Assembly: GCA_000320545.1 (NCBI GenBank)
Contig: ADNK01003142.1
Span: forward strand, 1-49,650
Origin: Bigelowiella natans CCMP2755
Lineage: Eukaryota > Protista > Cercozoa
DNA: 49,650 nucleotides
Direction of reading: 5' to 3'
The notes under the pieces were generated by a model that saw nothing but the letters and a program-made list of their open reading frames with translations, made no database searches and was not told the DNA's origin. Positions 38,212-49,650 of the stretch are shown here, one piece after another. How positions within the stretch are numbered: position 1 is the stretch's first letter; each line of letters starts with the position of its first letter. The position numbers were made by a program, and so were the translations under genes.

Positions 38212-39322
38212 GGAAATACTACGGCGTACGAGCACGCGCGCGCGTCAGTGTGTGCGTAAGGGGGGAATGTGTTAATGAGTTTAAGATCGTGCAGACGGAA
38301 GTAAAAAATCCATGAATCGAGCGATGTAGTCGTCGTTGCATAAAACCACCTGGCTAGTGCACGTTTCCAATTCTCTGCGATCTCTCTTTGTCGCTCTACT
38401 GGGATATTCGTCGGTGGCAGCAGCGCCACACATCGAAGACCTGTTCCTTCTGAGACGACAAAGCATAGCTTTTCTTTGGCAATGACAGCGGGGAGGGCCA
38501 GCCTTTTGAGAGCTTTGAGGAAGGAGGCTAGTTCCAGCACAGCGTACACAAAGAATTCGGAAGAGCAGCAATGGTGAGAAATACACGTGCACGCATGGGG
38601 TCTATCTGAAACGATAGGTTTTCGAGCATTCACCTACCGCCTTGTTCCGGGACGTACAGCCGGCATTTACGAAGCTCCCACGCGAATTTGACTCCTACGG
38701 CAAGGAATAGCGGTTTGCCTTTTATCATTTTTCATTCCGAGCAAGGACGAGGTGAGGGCTGCTACCTTCCTTCCCTTTCGCTGAGCACTGACTCAAAATC
38801 CCGTGGTTTATGCGAAAGAGCTTGCGCTTGCGCCATGCCCTCCATGATCCCTGCCGGGTCCAGAAAAGCAATCGTGTGTGTTCATTTGACCTGTACTCTA
38901 ATCGATTTATTAACCCACCCTCCAAACGCATAGTATCGATTCCAACGAAACGTTTCCGCCCTTCTCGTCCAGACCCTCGATAGCCCCTGCTCCATCGAAG
39001 CCGATTTTGGTCGAGGGCAACACCGAAGATTGGCCTACCCCCATACCAACTGTGCAAAAGTCGGCGTTTCGACGTGGGGTGGGTTGGGGGGCTGGGATCT
39101 GTATTTATTTTCTGCGACAATGATTTTGGATTGTCGCAAGCCGAAAACATACATTATAATTGATAGAAAACGACATGATTTGTATCTTGTCGTACCAAGA
39201 ATACAGCCATTTACATCTGTATATTTTAAGAAATCAATATTTTCCCACAAACTTAAGCGTATTCCATTGTCGTTGTTCCAGTTTTCATCAAATTTTAGAA
39301 AGATTAGCCCTTCCAGATTCAT
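22910..39322 (-). CDS. Giant Ariadne-like RBR E3 ubiquitin ligase: PH-like, UBA-like, RING1-IBR-RING2, Ariadne domain, RanBP2 zinc finger, then NHL/beta-propeller repeats
   Basis: PH-like [20 protein letters not shown]...[16 protein letters not shown]-like [26 protein letters not shown]1 CSICYE...[20 protein letters not shown]...[23 protein letters not shown]2 [21 protein letters not shown]...[10 protein letters not shown]. Ariadne-like [17 protein letters not shown]. RanBP2 [21 protein letters not shown]. In-phase splices lead into NHL repeats [26 protein letters not shown] and [26 protein letters not shown]. Final stop is 22910-22912. Continuity was checked to ~31450; 22910-31450 is assumed. 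Confidence 0.7.
31455..32890 (-). other. NHL repeat (beta-propeller) exons
   Basis: Repeated (F/L/M)xxPx(G/S)IAVD...YVAD..N.RI motifs in ORFs 32562-32900, 32065-32358 and 31455-31667. Confidence 0.85.
36180..37950 (-). other. Ariadne-type RBR catalytic core (UBA-like, RING1, IBR, RING2 with catalytic Cys in GCNHMTC)
   Basis: Canonical RBR Cys/His spacing in ORFs 35946-36401, 36488-36763, 36893-37417 and 37648-38235. Confidence 0.92.
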
Positions 39323-39698
39323 CTTACTGCGATCAGCATGAGTCGAAAATTATCTCGGCGGAAAGACTGATCATTATATTTGTCTTTATGTAAAAATGCA
39401 TTATATTTTTGTTTATTCGTACCTGGTTATGAGGAAGTTATTTTCATATTTCAGACTTTGCTTTCATTGCACAGTTTTACGGGAGAACATCTAAAAAAAA
39501 CGGTCAACTTTACTATCCCTGCGGGCACGTTTCTCCTCCGTAACGGAAACCGAGAGCAACTTCCCCCCCTCCCCTTCTCCGCGGCCTCTCTCTTGAGCTA
39601 CAAGTAAGTTCGACACTCGGGGGGTGTGGAGGGAAGGTCTGATGATGGCAAATTGTGTGGATTCTTCAGGCGTTCGGTTTATAGAGGCGATAACAACC
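39323..39698. promoter_or_regulatory. Putative bidirectional promoter between the RBR ligase gene and the EF-hand gene
   Basis: The two inferred start codons diverge 376 bp apart, with no microsatellites in the spacer. Confidence 0.4.
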
Positions 39699-40162
39699 AT
39701 GCCTCCAAAGAAGAAGAAAGGTGGAATTGTCCCTCCTGCTATGGAGGCTGCGTAGCAGGTCTCATATTTCTATTCTCCATCAGACGATAAGAAAGGTGAT
39801 ACTGGGGAGCCGGGCTACAAGAGCGACCCAATCTATGAAGCGGTACTCAGGAAAGAAGCAGCATAGAGCATAGATCGCAGAGCATCTTTGTTTTATGATT
39901 CACAGCTTGACGTTTTCCTCAACTCGATTAGCTCGAGCCAAAGCCGTCCGGAGCACTCGAGACAACGCTCTGGGAGGTATTAATGTGGCGGTTCATTCAA
40001 TACACCTCCTGGGCAGCTCTCATGCTGCTGTTTGTCTAGATTTACAATGACATCTTAGAGGAGAAATTCAAAGGAGACGCTATCGAGCATCTGATGGCGC
40101 AGGTGTACCGTGCGTAAGTCTGAAGTCAAAATACTGAATATCCATGCCCTTATGCCTTCGTG

Positions 40163-40204
<42 letters not shown>

Positions 40205-40306
40205 CAAAAGCGAAAGGGGAGACGTTCAAACCACCGAAGGTCGCGACGGCCACAGGCGAATACATTCACGAACACATTATGCAAAATCAGATGTGTTTCA
40301 ACAAAT

Positions 40307-40365
<59 letters not shown>

Positions 40366-40944
40366 GAATGTGGACGGGGTAAATTTTGTATTACAAATTT
40401 ATATTATATATATATATATATGTTATATTATTTATTTATTCATATTTGAATGTGTGTGTGTGTGTGTGTTTGCGTGTGTAACTATATGGGTAAGTGGCAA
40501 AGTATATGTGTTTGGACGCATGTTTGTTATATCCACATAACTCGAATATCACAAAGAGGCGCTTGAGATATGCTTACGCTTGATTTTGCCATTTTCAGAC
40601 TGTGGTTCCAAGGAGGCCAAAGAAGGTTTGGCTATAGCTCCTGATAACATTTGAATATATTCGTATATATTAGTTTGTGCGTGTGTATCTTGGTGTGGAT
40701 TGTGCGTCATTGCGGCGTTTAACGTTGGACTTTATCGTACGCATAGGTCGCGCACCTCCAAATGATGTGGAGACATCTCGGAATATCATACACAGGTATT
40801 TCGTGAATTAGATGGGAGGAGGGGGGGGGGTGATTCTTAGCGTACGGGTCTCGAGGAAACATGCCGCTGTGCTGGTTTTCTTTTGGCTTCTGTAGTATAC
40901 GCGTGCACGTTTCGCAAACTTCTGTTTGAAATAAATATTATGTA

Positions 40945-40988
<44 letters not shown>

Positions 40989-41005
40989 CCCCGACATTAC
41001 TCAAC

Positions 41006-41050
<45 letters not shown>

Positions 41051-41062
41051 TATATATACATA

Positions 41063-41101
<39 letters not shown>

Positions 41102-42601
41102 TATATATTGATATATTATACATTTTTTAGATATAGATTGTGAAGAGCAGCTGGAGCTCTCAGATGCGCGGGGGGACCAGACTCTTTCGGTACATGTACA
41201 CGCCGCAACATGATATGCCATAAGTCATTTCACCTCCCGTGTGTAAGCTCTGCGAAGAGGAGAGACGAAGTGAAATGGCCACGAGCGCCGAAGCGCACTT
41301 TCGGCATTGCTCCCGCTCTTGCGTCGCAATGCAACAACTGGCTGAGTCCTGTTGTGCTCGATATAACGTTTCAGTTTGCGGCGTTCCTGGAGATCTACCT
41401 CAAAACCCAATATAACCCAGATGTGAGTGCGCCGCAGCCAGCCAGCAGCGCGCATTCTTAGCATTAGTTTTGGAATAAAACGTTCGAATAATTGCATTTT
41501 CTGTCTTGAGCTCGCTGACGGCGTTTATCACCTAACGATCTGCTTTGCCAGAGTATAAAGAGAGGGCTGCTAGCAGCTTTCAAGGTGCTTATTGAATGAC
41601 AGTAGATAGCTAGCGATTGTGTTAGTTGAGGCTAAAGCAGCATTCGGTCTCTTCTGACTTCAGAAACTCGACGTTCATAACCGGGGCTACGTCACGATCC
41701 ACGAGTTTAAGTATGCAATGACGAATTTGAAGGACAGAGTTGATAAGGTGCGGGAGACACGCCGAAGAAGTGTTTCAATGAATGAATAGAAGAAGATCAT
41801 GATGATGAGTTCATGAATGTGATTTTGTACCAAGGGCGGTACATGCTACATTTTTTTTTTCCAGGTTGCTGCTAAATGAGCTTGTCTTACGCGCCCCTCC
41901 CCCCCCGCCCCTCATCGTACTCACGCTTTCGTCTTCTCCTGTGAGTCAGGCCAAGGTCGGATTTAAGAAAATGAGCGACGAGGAGTTGAAGAATTTCTCC
42001 GAAGCTGTAAGATGATGTGACACAAATGAAATTTTCGGAATTCTATCACCACAACGCAGCGCCCCCATCCCCCTCGCCCAACCCCCCCCCCACCTCTCTC
42101 TTTCTTCTTACCATGAACGATATCTATCGGATTGACGTTTTTCATCCCATAATGACCGCCCAGGCCGGAGTAGACTTTGAGTTTAAGCCGAACATCGAGT
42201 ACGAGCGTCTTATCGAGGTGTGAAGATTGATTCCTACGATGTGATGTTCTTTTGAAGTAAAGTCTCGCGTCCCACCGAGCACTGAGAAAAACATGGTTTT
42301 TGGACATCACACAGAAAATGATGGAGCACCTCGACGAGACGCCTAAAGAGGTGAGAAGCTACCTGACGTACGGCACCATGTTTTTTGTTTTTTGTTTTAA
42401 AATGATAGCAGCGTTGGCTGCGCGTGTCGCGTTGTAGAGCTGAAATATCAATGAGAGTTGAAAGAAGGAAACGTTTTGGGAGTATTTTTTCATCAAATGC
42501 CGTACGATGACTACCTACCCCCTCTGACAAATCTTCCCTCCGGTTGGGACTTTCAGAATGCTGGCAAGAAATCAAAGAAGGGCAAGAAGAAGCGCTCGTA
42601 A
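39699..42601 (+). CDS. Calmodulin-like EF-hand protein with Lys-rich termini (possibly flagellar)
   Basis: Spliced MPPKKKK|DDKKGDTGEPGYKSDPIYEA|...FAAFLEIYLKTQYNPD|SIKRGLLAAFK|KLDVHNRGYVTIHEFKYAMTNL (EF loop)...NIEYERLIE|KMMEHLDETPKE|NAGKKSKKGKKKRS*. Confidence 0.75.
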
Positions 42602-42699
42602 TCGATTGCAAAAACACGACGAATGGGTCTTTTCCGCAATCTACCGATGCCTTTTGAGGTGGTAGGTTCTCTTGACGGTGTGTGTATAGGTGGGTGCTC

Positions 42700-44700
42700 T
42701 CAAAAATAAATATGTTCAGCCGCTGCCATCCTCTGCAACGCGTGTGCTTTTTGCGCACACGTGTGTTTATTTAGTCCATACATGTGCATGTGTGTGCCCA
42801 TGGCGCAACTTGTGATTGCTCGTCAGAAACATAGAAATACATTTACATCTGACGAAGAATCATGCACATGCGATGCATGTTTCTCTTACCCTACCCCTAT
42901 GTTTAGGGATAAGCAGCTGCTGCATGCCTAATATTTTTGTGTGCGAACAAGCGTGCGCTTTTTGTAGCAGTACAAGCAACATGCATGGCAAACAAATCGC
43001 AACTCTATATTTCCCCCGCTCGCGCGTTGCATGAATGTTGAAATATCCGACCCATCGCTCAACATCATTGAGCACGCGACGCTGATGCGACAATCATTAA
43101 TGTTAGAGAAGACACGATGACACGCTGTTCCCAGGAAACCGGAAAATTGAGTTTGCAACCTCAACGGTGCGTGCGTCTTCAATTAACTGCGCGCACTGCA
43201 CGTAGCTAGCGTAGCGCATCACTTGCAAACGTGAGCACACATGATGCATGCAAATTTGATGCTTACTTTGATTGATTACATTCGTTTCACACATTGCATG
43301 CAAAAGTTCAAGATCATGCAGGCCGAACCAAAATTGCGAATAAAGTGAACGACGACAAAACGTTGCTTGCTAGTTAGCGCTGCATGAACAGTGAAGATTT
43401 GTTTGCAATGCTGTCTGTGCAATGGTGCACCGCCACAAGGATGCCGCATTTCAAATCAAAGCTCATCATTCCCCGCGGTGTTTTAGCCAGTGACCATTTC
43501 ATCTCTGCAAGCCAAAAGCGCAATGCGTTGTCGCAGATGTCTCTCTCGAGCAGTAGCTCCTGGCAGAACCTTTCGCACAACATGCCACACATTAAACAGC
43601 CTGGACATGACAGACCTTTCAAACGGATTTGACAGTGCGATCCCGGATGATGACGATGACGAGAGTGTTGTAGGTGCCGTCGTCAGTGCGATCTGCGGAT
43701 TCCAGGTGTCAGTCAATTCATCTTTCTTCTGAATGCAACTTGAAAGCAAAAACATGACTGTCTAAAGTCATTCAAGATGTCAGCCATCGCTAGAAACTGC
43801 TGACAGCTCTGCGAGGCAAGCTAGCTAGCAAGTCCAGAGGAGAGACGCAAAAAACGAATTGCCAAAATTCACTGCAATTCTAATACAATCAGTCAACGAC
43901 CAAAAACAACGCAACACAACGTTGTGCTAAGCTTCATTGCTGAAACTAGTTCGTTTTTTGCTGCCTCCCGAACAAACGCTTTCATTTGAGCGCACATCGT
44001 TGCTTCTATCCATCTGGATCATTTTCTTCTGCGTTCCGTCCCACTCTTGGTTCATTGCCTAGCCGTTTTGTTTTGCGTTAAAACATGAACCCAACCATCG
44101 TGCATGTGCAGCATGCGTTCTCTAATTTGCGCGATCTCATTGCGTTGTCACGCTGTGACGAGCTCCGTTAGGCTACTCTAGCTACTGTCTCCAGGTTGCA
44201 TGGCCACTCTACGCAGTGTGTAAGTGCACAATGGATTGAAAAGATTGCATGGATGTCATCGCAAATTTAGGCGCTGCCTGTGCCGACCGTTAGGTTGACG
44301 ACGCCATTGAGTTGACAACGAATCATGGACACAACACCGGACAAGGTGTACACTGTACACACATGTTGCGTTATGCACGCATTGCATGATGTTAGCTCGC
44401 CATGCTATCATGCTAGCTAGCATGCGGGGAGGATCGAAGCATTGCGTGATCAAACAGTTAAAAAAAATGCTAAAATGCGCACGTGGCGTCACAGTGTATT
44501 GGCAGCTTACGCACCGCCGCGACTTAACACGATAATTGCTCACCCACGGTTCAATACATTCATAATCATCGCTGCATGTGCCATGGCGATCTGCAGTGAC
44601 AAGATTAATGACGCTTGAGCGTTAGGAAATAACTCATTTATAGTTTTTTGGTTCCTACTACAGCAAACATTATTTTTCACGCGCTCGCACACGCGCGTAC
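42700..44700. other. TpA-depleted degenerate intergenic island (probable repeat relic)
   Basis: About 16 TpA in 43381-44160 by manual count, with TG/CA excess, CpG retained and no credible ORF. Confidence 0.6.
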
Positions 44701-44823
44701 ACAAACACAGCTATGTGCTCATTACTACAACAAACACCCGTGACTCAATTCACGTGCATTTCTTAGCCAAATAACAGTTATTCACGACTACACAAACTAC
44801 GTCGGCTCTTATCCCAAATTACT

Positions 44824-46181
44824 TCATTTCTCATGCTTCATAAGACTCTCCCACCTTGCAATAAGTAGATCGGTATAATCCTTACCCGAAACGCCCTCAT
44901 AACGGCCTAAGGAATACCCATCGTTGACCTCTATCAAACAAGTCACAGGGCCCTTTTCCGTCTCCAAAACCGCAAAGTCAACTCCGCAACCCTGTAAAAC
45001 AAGAGGACACTGAACTTTTCGGAAGGATGGTTAATATTCTCATTACGGAAAGCAAGATAACATTATCGAAGCTCTTCTCGATGGCTCTTTACTGGTGAAT
45101 CGACTCTTTCGAGAAAGTCGTTATACACAGCGCTACAACCCCAGTAACTTCGTGCAAACATCATCGCTATCTTCTACATAAATACTAGGCGTGCATAATT
45201 TTGAATAGATCAAACAACCGTCAGATGTTTGCCCTCTTCGCTCTTGCAGAGCGTGTTGATGGCTTCTTTCACGACGTCCATATCCAGAGGCACAAACCCC
45301 GTTTCCTTCGGCTTGGGACCGCGGTATTGGCACATACTTCGAATCTCACCGTTAACCACGTACGCACGGTATTCGGATATCATTTTGACGACCGCGGAGC
45401 AAAAGACAGGGGTGTTCTCCGGAAGCCCCGCTAAGACTCCGGGAATCCCAGAAAGCAACGTATCCACCATCTGATCCTTCGGCTCTATGACAGCAGCAAA
45501 CACCTATACCCGTGCACAGACATGGTGAGCCTCTTTGCGAGAGGAAGCACAGGCTTAGGCGGGGGGAAAAACGATTTGCCATTTTTTGCTCCGAAACACC
45601 ATTAATGCGTCGTACAATGCAACCTTGGCCTGAGCTGCTGGCTTGATGAAGATTTGCTCCCCCTCCTTCTTGTCGGAGGATTTGAGGTACTTCTGCACTT
45701 CCCCGAGGGTCGATGCCCACACCTTCCGGTGCAGGAACTTACGGAGGCAGTCGGGGTAGTCAGGCGGCCTGGGCATAGGTATGCCTGGGCGATCGAGCAA
45801 AACAATCAATCATCACGTTGAAGAAGAAACATCGTCAATGATGCGACCGCCAAATCACATATTCGCATGGAAACAAAGCTTATATCGCCCGCATGCATTG
45901 TCGGTATCACTTCATCTACGAACCACCCAGCGGGGCAGGGAGGGGGAGATCCCACCGAGTTGTTTGAGCGCCAGAGTCGTCCAGTCAAAATTTCCCACGA
46001 CGAGGTCCGACCTCTTCAATGGCAAAGGCTTCACAAGAATATCGTCCGTTTCTTTGGTGATAATGGGAATCTCCTTCCCCTCTTTCCCTCTCTTCTTGAG
46101 CTCTTCCACCACCAGTGCATAGTCAGGGGGGAGGCGCCCTTGTTCGAATACTTGGATGAAGGCCCGGGAGGGGAACGACAT
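44824..46181 (-). CDS. ATP-grasp protein, R2K clade (DUF4343-like), 4 exons
   Basis: MSFPSRAFIQ...DLVVGNFDWTTLALKQLG|IPMPRPPDYPDCLRKFLHRKVWASTLGE...IFIKPAAQAK|VFAAV...SEYRAYVVNGEI...|GCGVDFAV...LIEVNDGYSLGRYE...YTDLLIARWESLMKHEK*. The DYP, FIKP, EYR, D and EVND motifs typify this family. Confidence 0.85.
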
Positions 46182-46949
46182 GTTGCTTTTCGATTTCTGC
46201 CGAAATCACAACGAAATAATCTAGTAATACTTGGATTTTGATTATGTCTCTCCCAATAAATGTAGGCCGTTTTAAGTAATTCGGTTCGAAAATGGGGAGA
46301 GAAGGATCCTTCAGCCAGAATTAATCAAATATTGTTAGCTGCGACAACAAGAATCCATGCCTTCCTTGAGTAATTCTCCTGAACTCTGGAGGATTCTCTG
46401 CGGAATTAAGATTCAAATGCCCACTCCTCCTGATTTAGGAGGAATTTAACAATTTCCTTGATAAAACTGCCTTTGAGTACTGAACTAACTAGGGATTCCG
46501 TAGTCCCCAACTTAAATCCCGGTTAGGAAAGACAACAACGGATCTAAAAGCTTTCCAGTATTGAGGAAGCAACATATGTTGGCAAAACGCGGCTAAGAAT
46601 TCGAAAACGACAGCAATGTGATTCAGAACTTCGTGAAAAGTACGCTGTCTTCGATCAGTATTATTTTCTCATTCAGTCCCCAATTAAGCTGAGCACGGTT
46701 TGATTTAGATGATTCGAGATTCTCCGCTGCGACATGCTGTTTTTCTTGTCGCAAGTCTATCATGAAGGTGATTTTCCTCTCCGGCGTATTTCGAAATCCT
46801 TGAATCGAATCCCTCGCCCCTCCCACCTATTGCAACTCGCTACCTTTTTCTCGAGACAGCCCAGGCACTGCACATGCGATTCAATCTACTTGAAATTGGA
46901 GGATATCCACTAACAATGTGTTTGCAACCAATGCAGGGGAGGAAAAACA

Positions 46950-47942
46950 ATGCAAAGAATGCAGATCATGCTTGCTCTTCTCGTCGCAATTATCAGCTTT
47001 CCAGTAAGACACTGCCTTCGCCAATTTGAATGTTTCTTTGATCTGGTGACTGTGTAAACACGGTTTATACTATTTCACAGGAGGCCCAGGGCGGAGCTCT
47101 AGGTATGCTCTATGGAATATTCGGCCAACAAGAATATGGAAGTACAAGTAAATCCATCGATGATGCTTTATCTATTATACATATGTTCATTTAGTTAAAT
47201 TCTTTCGCGTTTGCCTTGATTCGCACCTAGATGCCGTGTCTAATCAAGCCCTTCCGTCGCCAACGAGTCAAGAATCCACCACGAACTCCGCACGGTGGGC
47301 TGCAGCTGCAAGAGACAAGAAACTGTCGTTCGGCGTTGACCTTCAGGTCAGAAATGTTTGCTTACTTGAGCTCTGTATAGCACATGTGTGCTGAAACAAG
47401 AGTGCGCATACGCACGGGGATGATCGACTGACTTGTGACCTTTTATTTCTCGTTAATCTTCAGCTAAAGACTCGGATGGAAGCTGCATCGAAATATCTTT
47501 CCATGCTCGAGGAGGTGCTTGCAAGCCGTCGTAACCAAACGCCTCAATTCTGTCTTTTGAAAGCTTCACCTCTCGCTTTTGCTAGTTGAAATCAAATATG
47601 AAACGAAGAAACTAGATAGGCATTGAGCCCTGTCGTTTGCTATTCTGAAACTGCACGCCTGTAAGTACACGAAATTGGCTGATGCGGTCATTTCTGTTTC
47701 AAAATCGTTCAGGACGAGGGCTCACCATGTGGCCACAACACCGTAATGGCGCTTCTTGAATCCGGCTGTCACAACCTAAGGGACTCGACGAGAATGCAAA
47801 TCGCTCTCAAGTAAGCAACGAAGAACGACTAATCACCATGCTCCACTGCGACGTTTGAAAACAGCCGAATCGATGATGACCCCCCTCCCCATGCTACTCT
47901 TCTGTGACGTGTCATGTGCGTTGTTTGATGTGATATTCGCTC

Positions 47943-47986
<44 letters not shown>

Positions 47987-48455
47987 CTCACAGATTTGCA
48001 AACTGCCATCTGCACAAAGCTGGCCTCGCGACCTACGAGTGCGACATGGTACTTGAGCATGCACACCTTCAAAAGCAGCATTTCTCGATGTCATTACGGG
48101 ATTGCGTTCCTGGGTGGCGGCATAGATGTCATTTGCACACTGGGCGCGGCAAGCCATCATTTTGCACGAGTTGCCTCAAAGCAGAAGCGTGCTGTTTGCT
48201 GCAATCTGATTCCTTGTGCCTATTTTGATATATAAATACCGAATGCAATACACTGACAAGCGCCTTGTGTTTGTTTATCAGTCCCAAACGTCGACCGAAA
48301 GCTCAAAGCCTAAGGTAACACTCACCCGCACCTCCATTCGCGTGCATTTAGCACAGCGCACTCCGCAGCGTGCGTCGAGCACGCTATGGTATGAGAGAAG
48401 AGGGAAAATTGCTGTTTCGAGCGATTTAAACTCCATGACGTTTCTTCAGATCATC

Positions 48456-48493
<38 letters not shown>

Positions 48494-48853
48494 CCCGAGG
48501 CGGATCTAAGTATTTCTTAAAACCAATAATAGATCGAGAAATGCGTGCGGAAGATTGGGCAAGACGCTGTCGCGTAATGGCCTAACTTTGACAGTCAAAA
48601 CGAATCGCGAGAGTCAATCTGGAGATAGAATGGAGGGATTGGAGAGGGGGGGGGGGGGGGGGGGGATAAGGGTTGTTCCTATCTATACAATGTTGATAAT
48701 AATGACTATGCAAGTGCTGTGTATCTTCGGACGAGAGTGCGCTCCTGATGATTGTGATGGTCTCTTAACTTGCCCAGGTATGGGACTTATAGCTTGTTCT
48801 ACACAAACGTCGAGGCGATATGCTTTTACTCCCAGAGCCAGCATTTCCAAGAA
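46950..48853 (+). CDS. GEX1: GEX1/KAR5/Brambleberry family nuclear membrane fusion protein (5' part; likely continues past the window end)
   Basis: Signal peptide MQRMQIMLALLVAIISFP|EAQG. The spliced Cys-rich domain reads SPCGHNTVMALLESGCHNLRDSTRMQIALK|FANCHLHKAGLATYECDM|...|IEKCVRKIGQDAVA|YGTYSLFYTNVEAICFYSQSQHFQE. This matches the six-Cys pattern of the family, and the splice phases agree. Confidence 0.8.
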
Positions 48854-49253
48854 GTAGTAGCAAACGAGCGTTAGCTGCTATCGCAGCATATATACATATT
48901 ATTCGTATGGATGTGCCATAAAACCAACAGCATGCGACGCACTCGGCACGCATGCGCAAAATCCACCATAAAAACCGGGAGGCGATCGTGTTAGGGGGAA
49001 GCACAAACATACATATATATATATATATATACGCACAGACACACACATACACACACACGGACGCAGAGAGACAGACACAGACAAGGGGAGAGAGTGAGGC
49101 ACGTGGTGGCCGTCCCCCCTCCCCCCAAGGGGGAGGGAATGGAGAGGGCAGTGCTGGCGTGACACCAACGTCACGCTCGAAGCTGAGAGCGGAAGAAAGA
49201 AATCTACACAGTCAGAGGTTTCCCATAAATAAAAATATTATACATATAATATA

Positions 49254-49296
<43 letters not shown>

Positions 49297-49472
49297 TATA
49301 AAAGATATGTGCAATGGAAGTGTTTCGAGCGTGCCGTTGGTGTCTATATTTCTCCCCATTTCCTCCTTCCTTCGCCTATGATGATGATCATACTTCCTCC
49401 TCACCCCCCCCTCTCTCCCCTCCCCCGTTTCCTTCTCTCTCCGTCCCTGTGCACGCACGTGTCTGTCTATGC

Positions 49473-49506
<34 letters not shown>

Positions 49507-49650
49507 ATATATATATGTGTGTGTGTGTGTGTGTGCGTATTTAGAAAAATATAAACCCAACGGGGGATATGCCTTTTGCCCCCGCATTTCCCTTTTAGAG
49601 CGGGTGAGACTATTAAGCTAGAAACAACTTCCCGGTTAAATAACAGTAAT

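Noticed and set aside
46623-46826. Small ORF between the ATP-grasp and GEX1-like genes
   Set aside because: No recognisable motif or splice structure; probably promoter-region noise.

Overview
Intron-rich eukaryotic nuclear DNA with GT-AG introns and abundant (TA)n/(GA)n/(CA)n microsatellites and G/C runs. The style suggests a protist or alga such as a chlorarachniophyte (inference only). Most six-frame ORFs are exon fragments or microsatellite noise, so genes were assembled by hand from splice sites. About nine genes alternate in strand: (+) SAM-like/ZBBX-like-repeat/FCS zinc-finger protein; (-) secreted His-brace LPMO-like protein spliced in frame to an LRR module; (+) type II membrane LamG plus putative glycosyltransferase-like protein; (-) and (+) two poorly resolved genes; (-) a ~16 kb PH-Ariadne-RBR E3 ligase continuing into a RanBP2 finger and NHL/beta-propeller repeats; (+) EF-hand protein; (-) bacterial-type R2K ATP-grasp; (+) GEX1/KAR5/Brambleberry-like nuclear fusion protein, partial. 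The strongest non-genic signal is three TpA-depleted, CpG-retaining islands (~6.4-9.3 kb, ~17.9-18.7 kb, ~42.7-44.7 kb), each between convergent gene ends. They suggest an unrecognised RIP-like TpA->TpG/CpA hypermutation process.
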